DNA of 55,407 nucleotides from Paracoccaceae bacterium (GTDB taxonomy: Bacteria; Pseudomonadota; Alphaproteobacteria; Rhodobacterales; Rhodobacteraceae): contig JALWPC010000422.1 in NCBI GenBank assembly GCA_026995265.1, positions 1-55,407 of the forward strand. The letters are read 5' to 3'. This document shows positions 38,863-47,445 of the stretch, one piece after another; position 1 is the stretch's first letter, and each line of letters begins with the position of its first letter. The position numbers were made by a program, and so were the translations under genes. The notes below the pieces were generated by a model. It was not told the origin of the DNA and searched no databases. It was given only the letters and a program-made list of their open reading frames with translations.

Positions 38863-38940
38863 AAGCATAAGCCAAACATCTATAGTGTCAAGCCCGCTGA
38901 CACGTTAAGCGCGAAGAGTCAGACTTTACCTGTCTAAAGT

Positions 38941-40014
38941 GTGCGCGCCAACCTGTCCCACCCCGATTGCTTCGGCCCGCGCTGGAGCACATTAAGCGAG
39001 CGGGACCAATGCCGCGTGGTCCGCCGCATCCGCAATGTGCAAAGAGAGGACTGCGCCGAATTCCTCGCCCATTGGTTAAGCGCCCGCTTTGGCCTTGACG
39101 CGGACCACGCCCGCGAGGCCATGCGTGCGCCTCTGCCCGAGGGCTACAGCCGCCTTGGCGAGACCGCCACCCGCAACATCCTTGCCCACCTTCAGGCCGA
39201 GGTGCTGACCTATAATCAAGCGGTGGAAGCCTGCGGCTGGCACCATTCCAATGAGCGCACCGGTGAGGTTTTGAACGCCCTGCCCTATTCCCGCACACTC
39301 GATGACAGCTTTGCCAACCGCACCCTCTGCCTGAAAGAAGCCAACCGCGAAAAGCGCAACAAGACCCCGTGGGAGGCATGGGGCAGCGACGCCGACCGCT
39401 GGGCCAAGATCGAGGCCAACCTGAAGAACCTGCCGGAGAACAAGCGCTGGCGCTTTGCCCCCGACGCCATGCAGCGCTTTGAAGGCGAAAACGATTTCAC
39501 CAGCCGCGCGCTCAATGACACCGCCTATCTGTCCCGCATTGCCAAGGCCTATCTGGAAGCGCTCTACACCGAGGGCGGCCATGTCTGGGTGGTGCCCGGG
39601 CGGCTTACCGAAATGCTGCGCCGCCATTGGGGGCTGAACTTCCGCTTCGGGGCCGAGACCAGCATGGCCAAAGCCAAAAACCGCCACGACCACCGCCACC
39701 ACGCCATAGACGCCGCCGTCATCGCCGCCACCGACCGCGGGCTGATCCAGAAAATCGCCCGCCTGAGCGAAGACAATGTGGAGCAAAACCGCGAGGCCCT
39801 CGCCGAAGCAACCCCGCCGCCATGGGGCGAGGCCAAGCAGGCGCTGGCCCGCCTGATCGCGCTTGACCTCCCCCTTGGCGGTGTCACCAGCCCCGTGAGC
39901 GTCGCCCTCGCCAGGCTGGCCACCTCGCTGGCGCTCAGTTTTGAATCCGGCAAACTGACCCTCGCCCTGCCCGCACCCCCCGACGCGCTCACCCTAAAGG
40001 GGCTGGGCCAATGA
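38941..40014 (+). pseudogene. cas9: Type II-C cas9 remnant (REC end, crippled HNH and RuvC-III only), fused up to cas2
   Basis: 357 aa, against roughly 1000-1100 aa for II-C Cas9. It retains LPYSRTLDDSFANRTLCLKEANREKRNKTPWEAWG (distal HNH), RALNDTAYLSR and NRHDHRHHAIDAAVIA (RuvC-III). It lacks RuvC-I, the bridge helix, RuvC-II, the HNH Asp-His (reads NALPYS) and the PAM-interacting C-terminus. Confidence 0.8.
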
Positions 40015-40352
40015 ACGCCATAACCCATCCGTCTAGATACCGCCTTATGTGGATACTCGTAATGTTCGACCTGCCCACCGACACCAAACCCCAGCGCAAA
40101 GCCGCCACAAAATTCCGCAATTTTCTGCTCGATAACGGCTACGAGCGCAGCCAGTTTTCCGTCTATGCCCGCTTTGTGAATGGCAAAGAAGCCTTCAAGG
40201 CCCGGGTGCGCGCCATCGGGCAAAACCTGCCCGAGTCCGGCGACGTGCAGATTCTCAACTTCACAGACCGGCAATATCGTGATATCGTCCATTTCTCGGA
40301 TCAGGGCCGCCAAGGCAAACGAAAAAACCCCGACCAGCTGGTGCTATTCTAA
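40011..40352 (+). CDS. cas2: CRISPR-associated endoribonuclease Cas2 (type II-style), apparently intact
   Basis: 113 aa. MWILVMFDLPTDTKPQRKAATKFRNFLLDNGYERSQFSVYARF is the typical type II Cas2 pattern. The ATGA start/stop overlap with the upstream ORF matches usual cas1-cas2 coupling. Confidence 0.85.
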   Translation: MNAITHPSRYRLMWILVMFDLPTDTKPQRKAATKFRNFLLDNGYERSQFSVYARFVNGKEAFKARVRAIGQNLPESGDVQILNFTDRQYRDIVHFSDQGRQGKRKNPDQLVLF

Positions 40353-40429
40353 AGTGAACCGTGTGGAAAAATATAATAGACCGGCAGGAATATCCCGTAA
40401 TACCAAGACATTACCCACCGATCTATTAT

Positions 40430-40460
40430 ACCCATTCAGAAATCGTGGTCCAGCCTCGGT
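40430..40460 (+). repeat. Inverted-repeat arm; candidate solitary type II CRISPR repeat downstream of cas2
   Basis: ATTCAGAAATCGTGGTC (40434-40450) lies about 80 nt after the cas2 stop, where a II-C array normally starts. I found only one copy, so there is no array. Confidence 0.35.
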
Positions 40461-40495
40461 ATTGGATATTTTGTGAACGATAGCCTTCTATACCG

Positions 40496-41773
40496 TTATA
40501 ATTCTTTAAAAATATCCGGCTCCAGCCCCTCCCAAAAGGCAAATATTGCCGAAAGGTTTAGCGCTGACTCCCAGCCAAAGCGCGCAAAGTCGGTCCGATC
40601 AAGATCATTGCTCAATGTTGCGGCAAACAAGTGCTTATCCGCATCCCGCTGTGTGGGGCTGCGGCGCGCCACATGGGCCAATACCCGCTCCAGCCGCGCC
40701 GCCCTGCTCCGTTTTTGCGCCCGCAGCGCGGCATCTTTCTCGGCCTGGGCCAGCGCCTTGGCTTCTGCAGCCTGATGCCGCTCTTTGGCTGCCTTCAGCG
40801 CCTCTGCGCTCGGTTCCACCGGTTTAGGGGCCGAGTAGTCATCCCGAATGGCCGCACCCAGGTATTGCGCCGCGCTCCCCTTGATCACGCCCGCCCTATC
40901 CTTTTCAGCGACATAATCCAGCTTTTCGGCCACATAATCCTCACCATGCTCAGCGATCCAACTGCGCGCCAGCCGGTCAGAGACCCCCTGCCTCACCAGC
41001 CGCTGATAGGTTTCTGAGCTGCGCGTGCCCGCATTGTCATCAATTTCAAACATCGCCAGTTGCGGGTTTTCCTTGATCAGAAACCGGATATGCGACACCC
41101 GCCGCCCCTGCTTTCGAAACTCCGGCGTCACTTCGATATTCGAGGTCTTGTTCACTTCAGCCACCGCCGGCTTGATAATCTTGGCATTCAGGTGCTTGAA
41201 GCTCTCGTAATAGGTGCTGTCGGCCACCCCCATAAGCCGCCGAAAAAGCCCGATCTCCCACCAGCCGGTGGAACGGGTGCGCACAAAGCGAAAGCAGTTT
41301 TCATAAAGCGCCAGCCCGTGGCCACTGGTAAAGCGTCGCTGGATGTTAAGATTAATCAGAGCAAAGATTTTGGGGTCAAACAGCTTTTCTGCCAGCGCAG
41401 GCGAATAGGCATATTCGCACACCCCGTTTGAGAGCTTGGCAAAAGAAAGCAGGCTCGAAACCCCCCATTCCTGCTTACCGTTTTTATCCAGCATATCCCA
41501 TTCGGCCACCGTCTCCGCCAAGCTGCGTAGCGCCGCTTTTAGCGTTTGGGTGTCATTGGAATTATAGCCAATCATCAGGCACAGGGTTTTGGCATCTATC
41601 GCATGGCTCTGCCGCGTCGTCAGTTCATCATAGGCATTGAGCAGCAACACATTGGAGAGTTTACGCTGCAAAAGCGAAAGCTTGCCGCTGACATGGATCG
41701 CCGCTACATTTTTCTTAACACTATCCCGCCTGAGCGCGCCGCTCAGCGCGCCGTGGTCAATATCTACATTCAT
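40496..41773 (-). CDS. Iteron-type plasmid replication initiator (Rep_3 / RepB-family)
   Basis: 425 aa with the Rep_3-like pattern (LSLLQRKLSNVLLLNAY..., FTSGHGLALYENCFRF, YESFKHLNAKIIKPAVAEVN). 22-bp iterons lie immediately upstream. Confidence 0.85.
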   Translation of the reverse strand: MNVDIDHGALSGALRRDSVKKNVAAIHVSGKLSLLQRKLSNVLLLNAYDELTTRQSHAIDAKTLCLMIGYNSNDTQTLKAALRSLAETVAEWDMLDKNGKQEWGVSSLLSFAKLSNGVCEYAYSPALAEKLFDPKIFALINLNIQRRFTSGHGLALYENCFRFVRTRSTGWWEIGLFRRLMGVADSTYYESFKHLNAKIIKPAVAEVNKTSNIEVTPEFRKQGRRVSHIRFLIKENPQLAMFEIDDNAGTRSSETYQRLVRQGVSDRLARSWIAEHGEDYVAEKLDYVAEKDRAGVIKGSAAQYLGAAIRDDYSAPKPVEPSAEALKAAKERHQAAEAKALAQAEKDAALRAQKRSRAARLERVLAHVARRSPTQRDADKHLFAATLSNDLDRTDFARFGWESALNLSAIFAFWEGLEPDIFKEL

Positions 41774-41830
41774 CCGCCCTGCCCTTTTCTCCGATCATCC
41801 CCCAAAAGGAACCCAATTGCAAGCCTCCAT

Positions 41831-42190
41831 CAGGTGCCCACCCTCTAGTCCCGACTCCCGTAAACAGGTGCCTTTAGTCCTACGCTGCCCAATCCGAAGG
41901 TCCTTTTTGCTTTAATATGACGCTCAAATTGCTGTTTTGTGCCCAATACTACCCGCAATTCGCTCCCCTGAGTCTGGAGACCTGTCCCCCCGCATATTGG
42001 CACCCTTTGCCCCGTAAAAAGGTCCCTTTCATCCTGTATTTTGGTACCCTTCACCCTGTATTCCGGCACCTAAACGAACTTAACCATTTGTTATTAAGCG
42101 ATAATAATATGATTAAAGATTCTAAATATCCTAAAATATTACAACCTTTAAATTCGTATTTCTGCGTTTTTGTGTGTTATTTTTTTATGC
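41831..42190. other. Candidate oriV: iterons plus an AT-rich unwinding region
   Basis: Four contiguous 22-bp units start at 41999, 42021, 42043 and 42065 (GGCACCCTTTGCCCCGTAAAAA / GGTCCCTTTCATCCTGTATTTT / GGTACCCTTCACCCTGTATTCC / GGCACCTAAACGAACTTAACCA). Three dispersed related units (GGTGCC..., GGTCC...) lie near 41833, 41867 and 41899. A strongly AT-rich stretch follows at about 42086-42190. Confidence 0.65.
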
Positions 42191-42197
42191 AAGGGGT

Positions 42198-42219
42198 GGT
42201 TTCGCGTGCGAAACCTTAA
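42198..42219. promoter_or_regulatory. parS-like palindrome, copy 1 (upstream of parA)
   Basis: GGTTTCGCGTGCGAAACCTTAA, with 8-bp inverted arms GGTTTCGC/GCGAAACC. The identical 22-mer recurs at 44759-44780. Confidence 0.6.
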
Positions 42220-42298
42220 GACTATTCCCTTCTTTCAGTGCATGTGCGATACTCACCCCAATAATCACAAAAACAGCTAATATCACTGGAACTAGGCC

Positions 42299-43699
42299 AT
42301 GGCAAAAAAACCCGAGCATCCTGCTCCCCCTTATATGAATCTCGATCCAGAGGCAGCCGCTGCCAAGCTAGGCGACCCTATCAACACCCACCGATTCGCC
42401 CAAGCAGCTTCTTTTTGCGCCAAGGGCCGGGAAGATCTCGCCATCCGGGGCCATGCCCCGGATGGCCGTAAAACCCTGCGCAAATTTTCAACATGGGAGA
42501 TCACCAAATACCTGATCCCCGTTGCCCCCGCCCATTTTCGCCGCGTGCTCAAAAGCAACCCTGCCCTGCCCCAAGGCGAGACGGAATCCGGCAAAGAAGG
42601 CGGCGCTAAATGGTTTACCATGGCCGAGGTTCTGACCCTACGTGACCACTTTGCAAAGGAGGGGCTTTCAAGCAAGGAATACAAGCCCTACAAGCCCGAA
42701 GGCGTGCGAGCTAAAATCACCGCCATTGCCAATTTCAAGGGCGGTGTTGGCAAAACCTCTACCGCAGTCCATCTTGCCATGTCAGCGGCGCTTGATGGCT
42801 ACAAAGTCCTGGTGATCGACCTTGATAGCCAAGGGTCCATGACCTCGATCATGGGCGGTGAAGTGGAAGACGAATGGTCCACCGTTTTCCCTCTGATCGC
42901 CAAGGATTTTGCCAAAGCTATGGTGGTAGAAAACGCCCATCGTGAGGCCGCCGGCGAGCCCCTCCTGCCCCTTGATGAAACCCTGAAAGAGGCGCTGAAG
43001 ATCAAGGCCAAGGATGTGATTCAACCCACCCATTGGCCCAATATTGATCTCATTGGCGCCCAGCTCAATCTCTACTGGGCAGAATTCCAGATTCCAGTTT
43101 GGCGCATGGGGCTAAAGGGCTGGAAGCTTTGGGATGGTCTGTCCAATTTCCTCGAAGATGAAGGCATACTCGACGCTTATGACGTCATAATTCTAGACAC
43201 GCCCCCTGCCCTTGGATACCTCACCATTAACGCCCTCGCAGCGGCTGATATTCTGTTGGTCCCGCTTGGCGCCTCCTTTCTGGAGTTTGATTCAACGGGT
43301 CGATTTTTCGATATGCTCTACACCACCTTCGCCTCAATCGAGGACGGAGAAAACGCGGCCAACCGAGCTGCGGGCCTTCCGGAAACCCGCTTTGAGTGGG
43401 ATGTGGTGCGGGCCATTATCACCCGTTTTGACGCCAGCCAGCAAACCGACCTTGCCAACGTGATTCAAGCCTATTTTGGCGATTTCATGAATGCCTATCG
43501 GCAGGAATTTACCGCACTCGTCGGGCAGGCTGGCGAGCAGGTGAACGGCATCTACGAAGCCGATTACAGAGACTTTAACCGCGATACTTACATGCGTGGG
43601 CGGGAAACATTTGACCGGACCTATGCCGAATTCAAAGAACTACTAATCGGGTGCTGGTGGCGCGACGCCCACGCTGAGGAGGAGCAGAACAATGGCTAA
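42299..43699 (+). CDS. parA: ParA-family partition ATPase with an N-terminal extension
   Basis: 466 aa with the deviant Walker A KGGVGKTSTAVHLA and VIDLDSQGS. Confidence 0.9.
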   Translation: MAKKPEHPAPPYMNLDPEAAAAKLGDPINTHRFAQAASFCAKGREDLAIRGHAPDGRKTLRKFSTWEITKYLIPVAPAHFRRVLKSNPALPQGETESGKEGGAKWFTMAEVLTLRDHFAKEGLSSKEYKPYKPEGVRAKITAIANFKGGVGKTSTAVHLAMSAALDGYKVLVIDLDSQGSMTSIMGGEVEDEWSTVFPLIAKDFAKAMVVENAHREAAGEPLLPLDETLKEALKIKAKDVIQPTHWPNIDLIGAQLNLYWAEFQIPVWRMGLKGWKLWDGLSNFLEDEGILDAYDVIILDTPPALGYLTINALAAADILLVPLGASFLEFDSTGRFFDMLYTTFASIEDGENAANRAAGLPETRFEWDVVRAIITRFDASQQTDLANVIQAYFGDFMNAYRQEFTALVGQAGEQVNGIYEADYRDFNRDTYMRGRETFDRTYAEFKELLIGCWWRDAHAEEEQNNG

Positions 43700-44756
43700 A
43701 CGCAGGCGCTTAAATGCCCCGACGGCCGAAGAACTGGCAAAAATTTCCGAGGATTTCGCAGCGAAACCGGAGGGCAAACGACCCTCGGCTTTGGGCGTAA
43801 ATGTGCCACCCATTGCCCGTGTGGCAGGGGAAGCCGCCGCACATTCAGGGGCTGAGGCCGCAGATGCGCGGCGTTATCAGGCGGCAAAAGAGGCGGGGTT
43901 ACTGGCACAGAAAATCCCGCTCGCACAGATCGAAACCGAGCATTTGAGCCGCGACCGGATGCAGGTGGACGAGGCTGAAATGGCCGAGCTTAAGCATTCC
44001 ATTCTGGCCCATGGGTTGCGGATGCCGATTGAAGTGTTGCCCTTGGAGCCGGTCGAGGGCAGCGCGCGCTATGGCCTGATTTCCGGTTGGCGGCGGGTGG
44101 CCGCTTTGCGCGCTTTGGCGATGGAAACGGGACGTGAGGATTTTGCCTCTATTCCCGCTTTGATCCGCGCGCCAAAAGAAGCCTCGGATGCCTATATTTC
44201 AATGGTCGAGGAAAACGAAATCCGTGCTGACCTGAGCCATTATGAGCGCGGACGCATCGCGGTGATCTCAGCGAAGCAGGGTGCATTTGAAACGGTTGAG
44301 GACGCTGTGAATGCGCTCTTTGCGGCGGGGTCCAAAGCCAAACGCTCAAAAATCCGCAGCTTTGCGCTTATTTTTGAAGCGCTCGGGGACTTGCTGCAAT
44401 TTCCGACTCGGCTGAGCGAGCGGGCAGGGCTTAGGCTTGCGAGCGCGTTGAAAGAGGACCAAACCTCCGCGCTGAGGGCGGCGCTGGCCAGCAGCGCCAG
44501 CCTCAGCTTTGAGGATGAGTGGCGGGCGATGGAGGGCGTGCTGAAGGATTATGAAGCGCTCGGAAAAAAGGCCAAGGCGGAGCGTCGTGCGCCAAAACCT
44601 GAACGCTATGGGGAGATAGATCTGGCCAACGGCATCAAGATCGAAAAGATCAACGGAGAAGGATATATCGATATTCGATTCACGGGCCGCCATGCGGACA
44701 ACGAGCTTGTTGATACGGTGATGCTGGAGATTCAAAGATTGCTATCGCCGGAGTAG
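43692..44756 (+). CDS. parB: ParB-family partition protein
   Basis: 354 aa with a ParB N-terminal domain (LAHGLRMPIEV...GLISGWRRVAALRAL). There is an 8-nt overlap with parA. Confidence 0.9.
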   Translation: MAKRRRLNAPTAEELAKISEDFAAKPEGKRPSALGVNVPPIARVAGEAAAHSGAEAADARRYQAAKEAGLLAQKIPLAQIETEHLSRDRMQVDEAEMAELKHSILAHGLRMPIEVLPLEPVEGSARYGLISGWRRVAALRALAMETGREDFASIPALIRAPKEASDAYISMVEENEIRADLSHYERGRIAVISAKQGAFETVEDAVNALFAAGSKAKRSKIRSFALIFEALGDLLQFPTRLSERAGLRLASALKEDQTSALRAALASSASLSFEDEWRAMEGVLKDYEALGKKAKAERRAPKPERYGEIDLANGIKIEKINGEGYIDIRFTGRHADNELVDTVMLEIQRLLSPE

Positions 44757-44758
44757 GG

Positions 44759-44780
44759 GGTTTCGCGTGCGAAACCTTAA
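44759..44780. promoter_or_regulatory. parS-like palindrome, copy 2 (immediately downstream of parB)
   Basis: The same 22-mer, GGTTTCGCGTGCGAAACCTTAA, starts 3 nt after the parB stop. Confidence 0.6.
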
Positions 44781-44806
44781 ACCGTGTTTTACCTTGTAAA
44801 TCTACC

Positions 44807-45985
44807 ATGCTTTGGGGTATATACAAGGTTATGTTGGAAAGACTCGCAAAAACCCGCGTGAACCGCGCTCTTGAACGCCAACCCGCTGTGGTGCTGTTAG
44901 GCCCCCGTCAGGTTGGTAAAACCACCCTGGCGCTTGAAATAGCGGCCACACGAGATTCGGTGCATCTGGATATGGAGCGCCCGCAGGACCGCGCTATTTT
45001 GCAAGAGCCGGAGCTTTATCTGGAAGAGCAGGTGGGGCGGCTGGTGGTGATTGACGAGGTGCAGCTTGTGCCCGGGCTGTTTGGCACTTTGCGCCACCAG
45101 ATTGATACGCGCCGTAGGGCAGGGCACCGCACCGGGCAATTTTTGCTGCTGGGGTCGGCGAGCAACACCTTGCTGCGCCAATCCGCAGAATCTCTGGCGG
45201 GGCGGGTGTCCTATCAGGAACTGGGCGGGTTCAATTGTCGCGAAGTGCCCGATCTCGGGAAGCTTTGGCTGCGCGGCGGGTTCCCTGAAGCCTATTTGGC
45301 CATTGATGACGAAGCCAGCCTGCATTGGCGTGACGATTTCATTCGCACCTATCTGGAGCGCGATATTCCCCAATTCGGGCCGCGCATTCCGGCGGAAACC
45401 CTGCGGCGCTTCTGGACGATGCTGTCCCATGAGCAAGGCGGGCAGCTCAATGCGGCGCGGCTGGCGGCGGGGCTTGGGGTCTCGGGGCAGACGATTGGGC
45501 GTTATCTCGACCTGATGGTTGATCTGATGCTGGTGCGGCGGCTGAAGCCGTGGCATAGGAATGTCGGCAAACGCTTGGTAAAATCCCCCAAGATTTATGT
45601 GCGGGATTCGGGGGTGGTGCATAGCCTGCTTGGCATTGGCTCTTTGGAGGCGCTGCTTGCGCATCCGGTGGTTGGCGGCAGTTGGGAAGGGTTTGTGGTG
45701 GAAAACCTGCTCAGCGTTGCGCCGCGAGGGACTGAGGCTAGCTATTACCGAACGGCAGCGGGGGCCGAGATTGACTTGGTGCTGACCCTGCCGGATGGCG
45801 AGGTGCAGGCGATCGAGATCAAGCGCACAACCATGCCCAAGGTCTCCCGCGGGTTCCATATTGCGGCCGATGATATAGGGGCGGGGCGGCGGTTTCTGGT
45901 CTATGCCGGCGCGCGCGAAGTGCCGATGCAGGGGGGGGTGCGGGCGGTGCCTTTGGGGACAATGATGGGCCTAGTCGCCCATTAA
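44807..45985 (+). CDS. AAA-family ATPase with a DUF4143-type C-terminal domain
   Basis: 392 aa with Walker A LLGPRQVGKTTLA and Walker B LVVIDEVQ. The architecture is COG1373-like. Confidence 0.8.
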   Translation: MLWGIYKVMLERLAKTRVNRALERQPAVVLLGPRQVGKTTLALEIAATRDSVHLDMERPQDRAILQEPELYLEEQVGRLVVIDEVQLVPGLFGTLRHQIDTRRRAGHRTGQFLLLGSASNTLLRQSAESLAGRVSYQELGGFNCREVPDLGKLWLRGGFPEAYLAIDDEASLHWRDDFIRTYLERDIPQFGPRIPAETLRRFWTMLSHEQGGQLNAARLAAGLGVSGQTIGRYLDLMVDLMLVRRLKPWHRNVGKRLVKSPKIYVRDSGVVHSLLGIGSLEALLAHPVVGGSWEGFVVENLLSVAPRGTEASYYRTAAGAEIDLVLTLPDGEVQAIEIKRTTMPKVSRGFHIAADDIGAGRRFLVYAGAREVPMQGGVRAVPLGTMMGLVAH

Positions 45986-46981
45986 ATCCGTTGCCGGGTT
46001 ATCCTTAAGCTCGACATCATCGTAATAGCGCTGCGCCTGTGCGGCGGAGCGATGCAGGGAAAGGCGCATGGCGGCTTGCAGGGGGGTTCCTTTTAGGGCG
46101 GCCTCGGTGAGGAAGCCGGAGCGGAGGCCGTGGGGGGAGGCGAAGGTTTCGGGGTAGCCGGCCTTGATCAGCAGGCGCCTGAGGATCTGGCGGATGGCGT
46201 CGGGGTGGAGCGGGCGACCCAGCACGGTGCCGGATTTGGAGATCGGGCGGAAGAGGGGGCCTTCCGAGAGGCGGGCGGCGTGGAGCCAGTCGCGGATGCT
46301 GTCAGCCGCTCGGCCCTTTAGCAGCAGTTTCGGCGTGGCCCCCTTGGCGGTGGTTTTGGTTTCCAGCAGGCGGATGTGGATGAGGTCGTCCTCAAGGGTG
46401 AGGTCTTCGACATGCAGGCCGGTGACTTCAGAGCGGCGGCGACCGCCGGAGGCCCAGCCCAGCATCAGGATGGCGCGGTCACGGGTGCCGCGCAGGCTTG
46501 GGTCGCAGGCGGCCAGCAGCTTTTCCAGCACCTCAAGGGTGATCGGGTTGGCGGATTTCGGGGCAGGGGGCCTTGCCGCTGCACGGCGGGCCTTGGCGCG
46601 GGCCTGGCGGATGAGCGGGGCTTCAAAAGGGCTGGGGAGGTTGCGCATGCGGTGGAAGGCGGCCCAGGAGGCAATGCGGCGGTCCAGCGTGGCGGGGGCG
46701 GGGCATTTCAGGGATTTGCGCAGGCCCCTGGCGATGAGGGCTTCGGCCACTTTGCGGGCTTGGTCATGGGCTTCAAGGTCTCGGGAATGATCGAGGATGA
46801 AGTGCAGGGCGACCGCCTCGGTTTCAGGCCATGCCAACGGCGCGCCTTTCCAGGCTTCGATATAGAGCAGGTCGCGTTCATAGGCGCGCAGGGTGTTTTC
46901 GGGGGTGCCGCGAGTGTAGAGGTCAAGCAAGGCTTGTTCGTCTTGCAGGGAGAGATTGGGGGCGGGAATGAGCTGGGTCAT
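45971..46981 (-). CDS. Tyrosine-type site-specific recombinase/integrase
   Basis: 336 aa. The R...HxxR...Y catalytic pattern is present (SGGRRRSEV, HGLRSGF, HRSAAQAQRYY), with an N-terminal SAM-like core-binding domain. Confidence 0.9.
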   Translation of the reverse strand: MTQLIPAPNLSLQDEQALLDLYTRGTPENTLRAYERDLLYIEAWKGAPLAWPETEAVALHFILDHSRDLEAHDQARKVAEALIARGLRKSLKCPAPATLDRRIASWAAFHRMRNLPSPFEAPLIRQARAKARRAAARPPAPKSANPITLEVLEKLLAACDPSLRGTRDRAILMLGWASGGRRRSEVTGLHVEDLTLEDDLIHIRLLETKTTAKGATPKLLLKGRAADSIRDWLHAARLSEGPLFRPISKSGTVLGRPLHPDAIRQILRRLLIKAGYPETFASPHGLRSGFLTEAALKGTPLQAAMRLSLHRSAAQAQRYYDDVELKDNPATDLMGD

Positions 46982-47033
46982 GGGGGATTTCTAGGGTATT
47001 TTCCTGTCAAAATCAAGAGACGTGATAAGTGGA

Positions 47034-47137
47034 CATTATCACGTGTGATATGGCTTGGAAAAAGATGCTTGGGTAGAGGGTATAAATTGCCTATTATGCA
47101 CGTTATAAGAAAATTATGGCTTAATTTAAGGCATATG
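47034..47137 (+). repeat. Direct repeat copy A (42 bp identical to copy B, then about 60 bp of diverged homology ending at an ATG)
   Basis: CATTATCACGTGTGATATGGCTTGGAAAAAGATGCTTGGGTA at 47034-47075 equals 54426-54467. Downstream similarity continues (CCTAT, ATGCACGyTAT, GCATAT) to the ATG at 47135, which here opens only a 3-codon frame. Confidence 0.85.
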
Positions 47138-47142
47138 AAGAG

Positions 47143-47379
47143 GTGATTTTTGCCGCGAGAGATGTCGTATTTTGCCGCGCTATTGCCTCGGTTGCAATTC
47201 TTTCCTCTCCCGCGCTTGCTGATGGCTCCCATGGCCAACAGGCCGACCAAACGGGGGCACAGCACGGTATGATGGGCGACCAGGAGGGCCAAGAGGGAAT
47301 GTCCGGTATGAAGGGCAAGATGCAAATGATGACGCAAATGCATGGCCAAGGCGGCATGATGGGTGGCCAAGGCGCTTAA
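47143..47379 (+). CDS. Small secreted Met/His/Gly-rich protein (candidate Cu(I)-binding peptide)
   Basis: 78 aa with a GTG start and a signal-like N-terminus ending SSPALA. The mature part is rich in M, H, Q and G (HGMMGDQEGQEGMSGMKGKMQMMTQMHGQGGMMGGQG). Confidence 0.5.
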   Translation: MIFAARDVVFCRAIASVAILSSPALADGSHGQQADQTGAQHGMMGDQEGQEGMSGMKGKMQMMTQMHGQGGMMGGQGA

Positions 47380-47445
47380 CCCGGCGGCGGTTCGGTAAGG
47401 CGGGGTGCGCCTACAAATTCCGGTTAGGCTTCTAGCCTCTGTAGG

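Noticed and set aside
38406-38879. ORFs 38406..38879 (-), 38440..38859 (+) and 38547..38822 (+) in the dctP-to-cas9-remnant spacer, considered as possible leftover cas9 N-terminal coding sequence.
   Set aside because: None of the translations shows RuvC-I, bridge-helix or REC-like sequence. They largely overlap the dctP 5-prime end and promoter, so the cas9 N-terminal half appears to be truly deleted.
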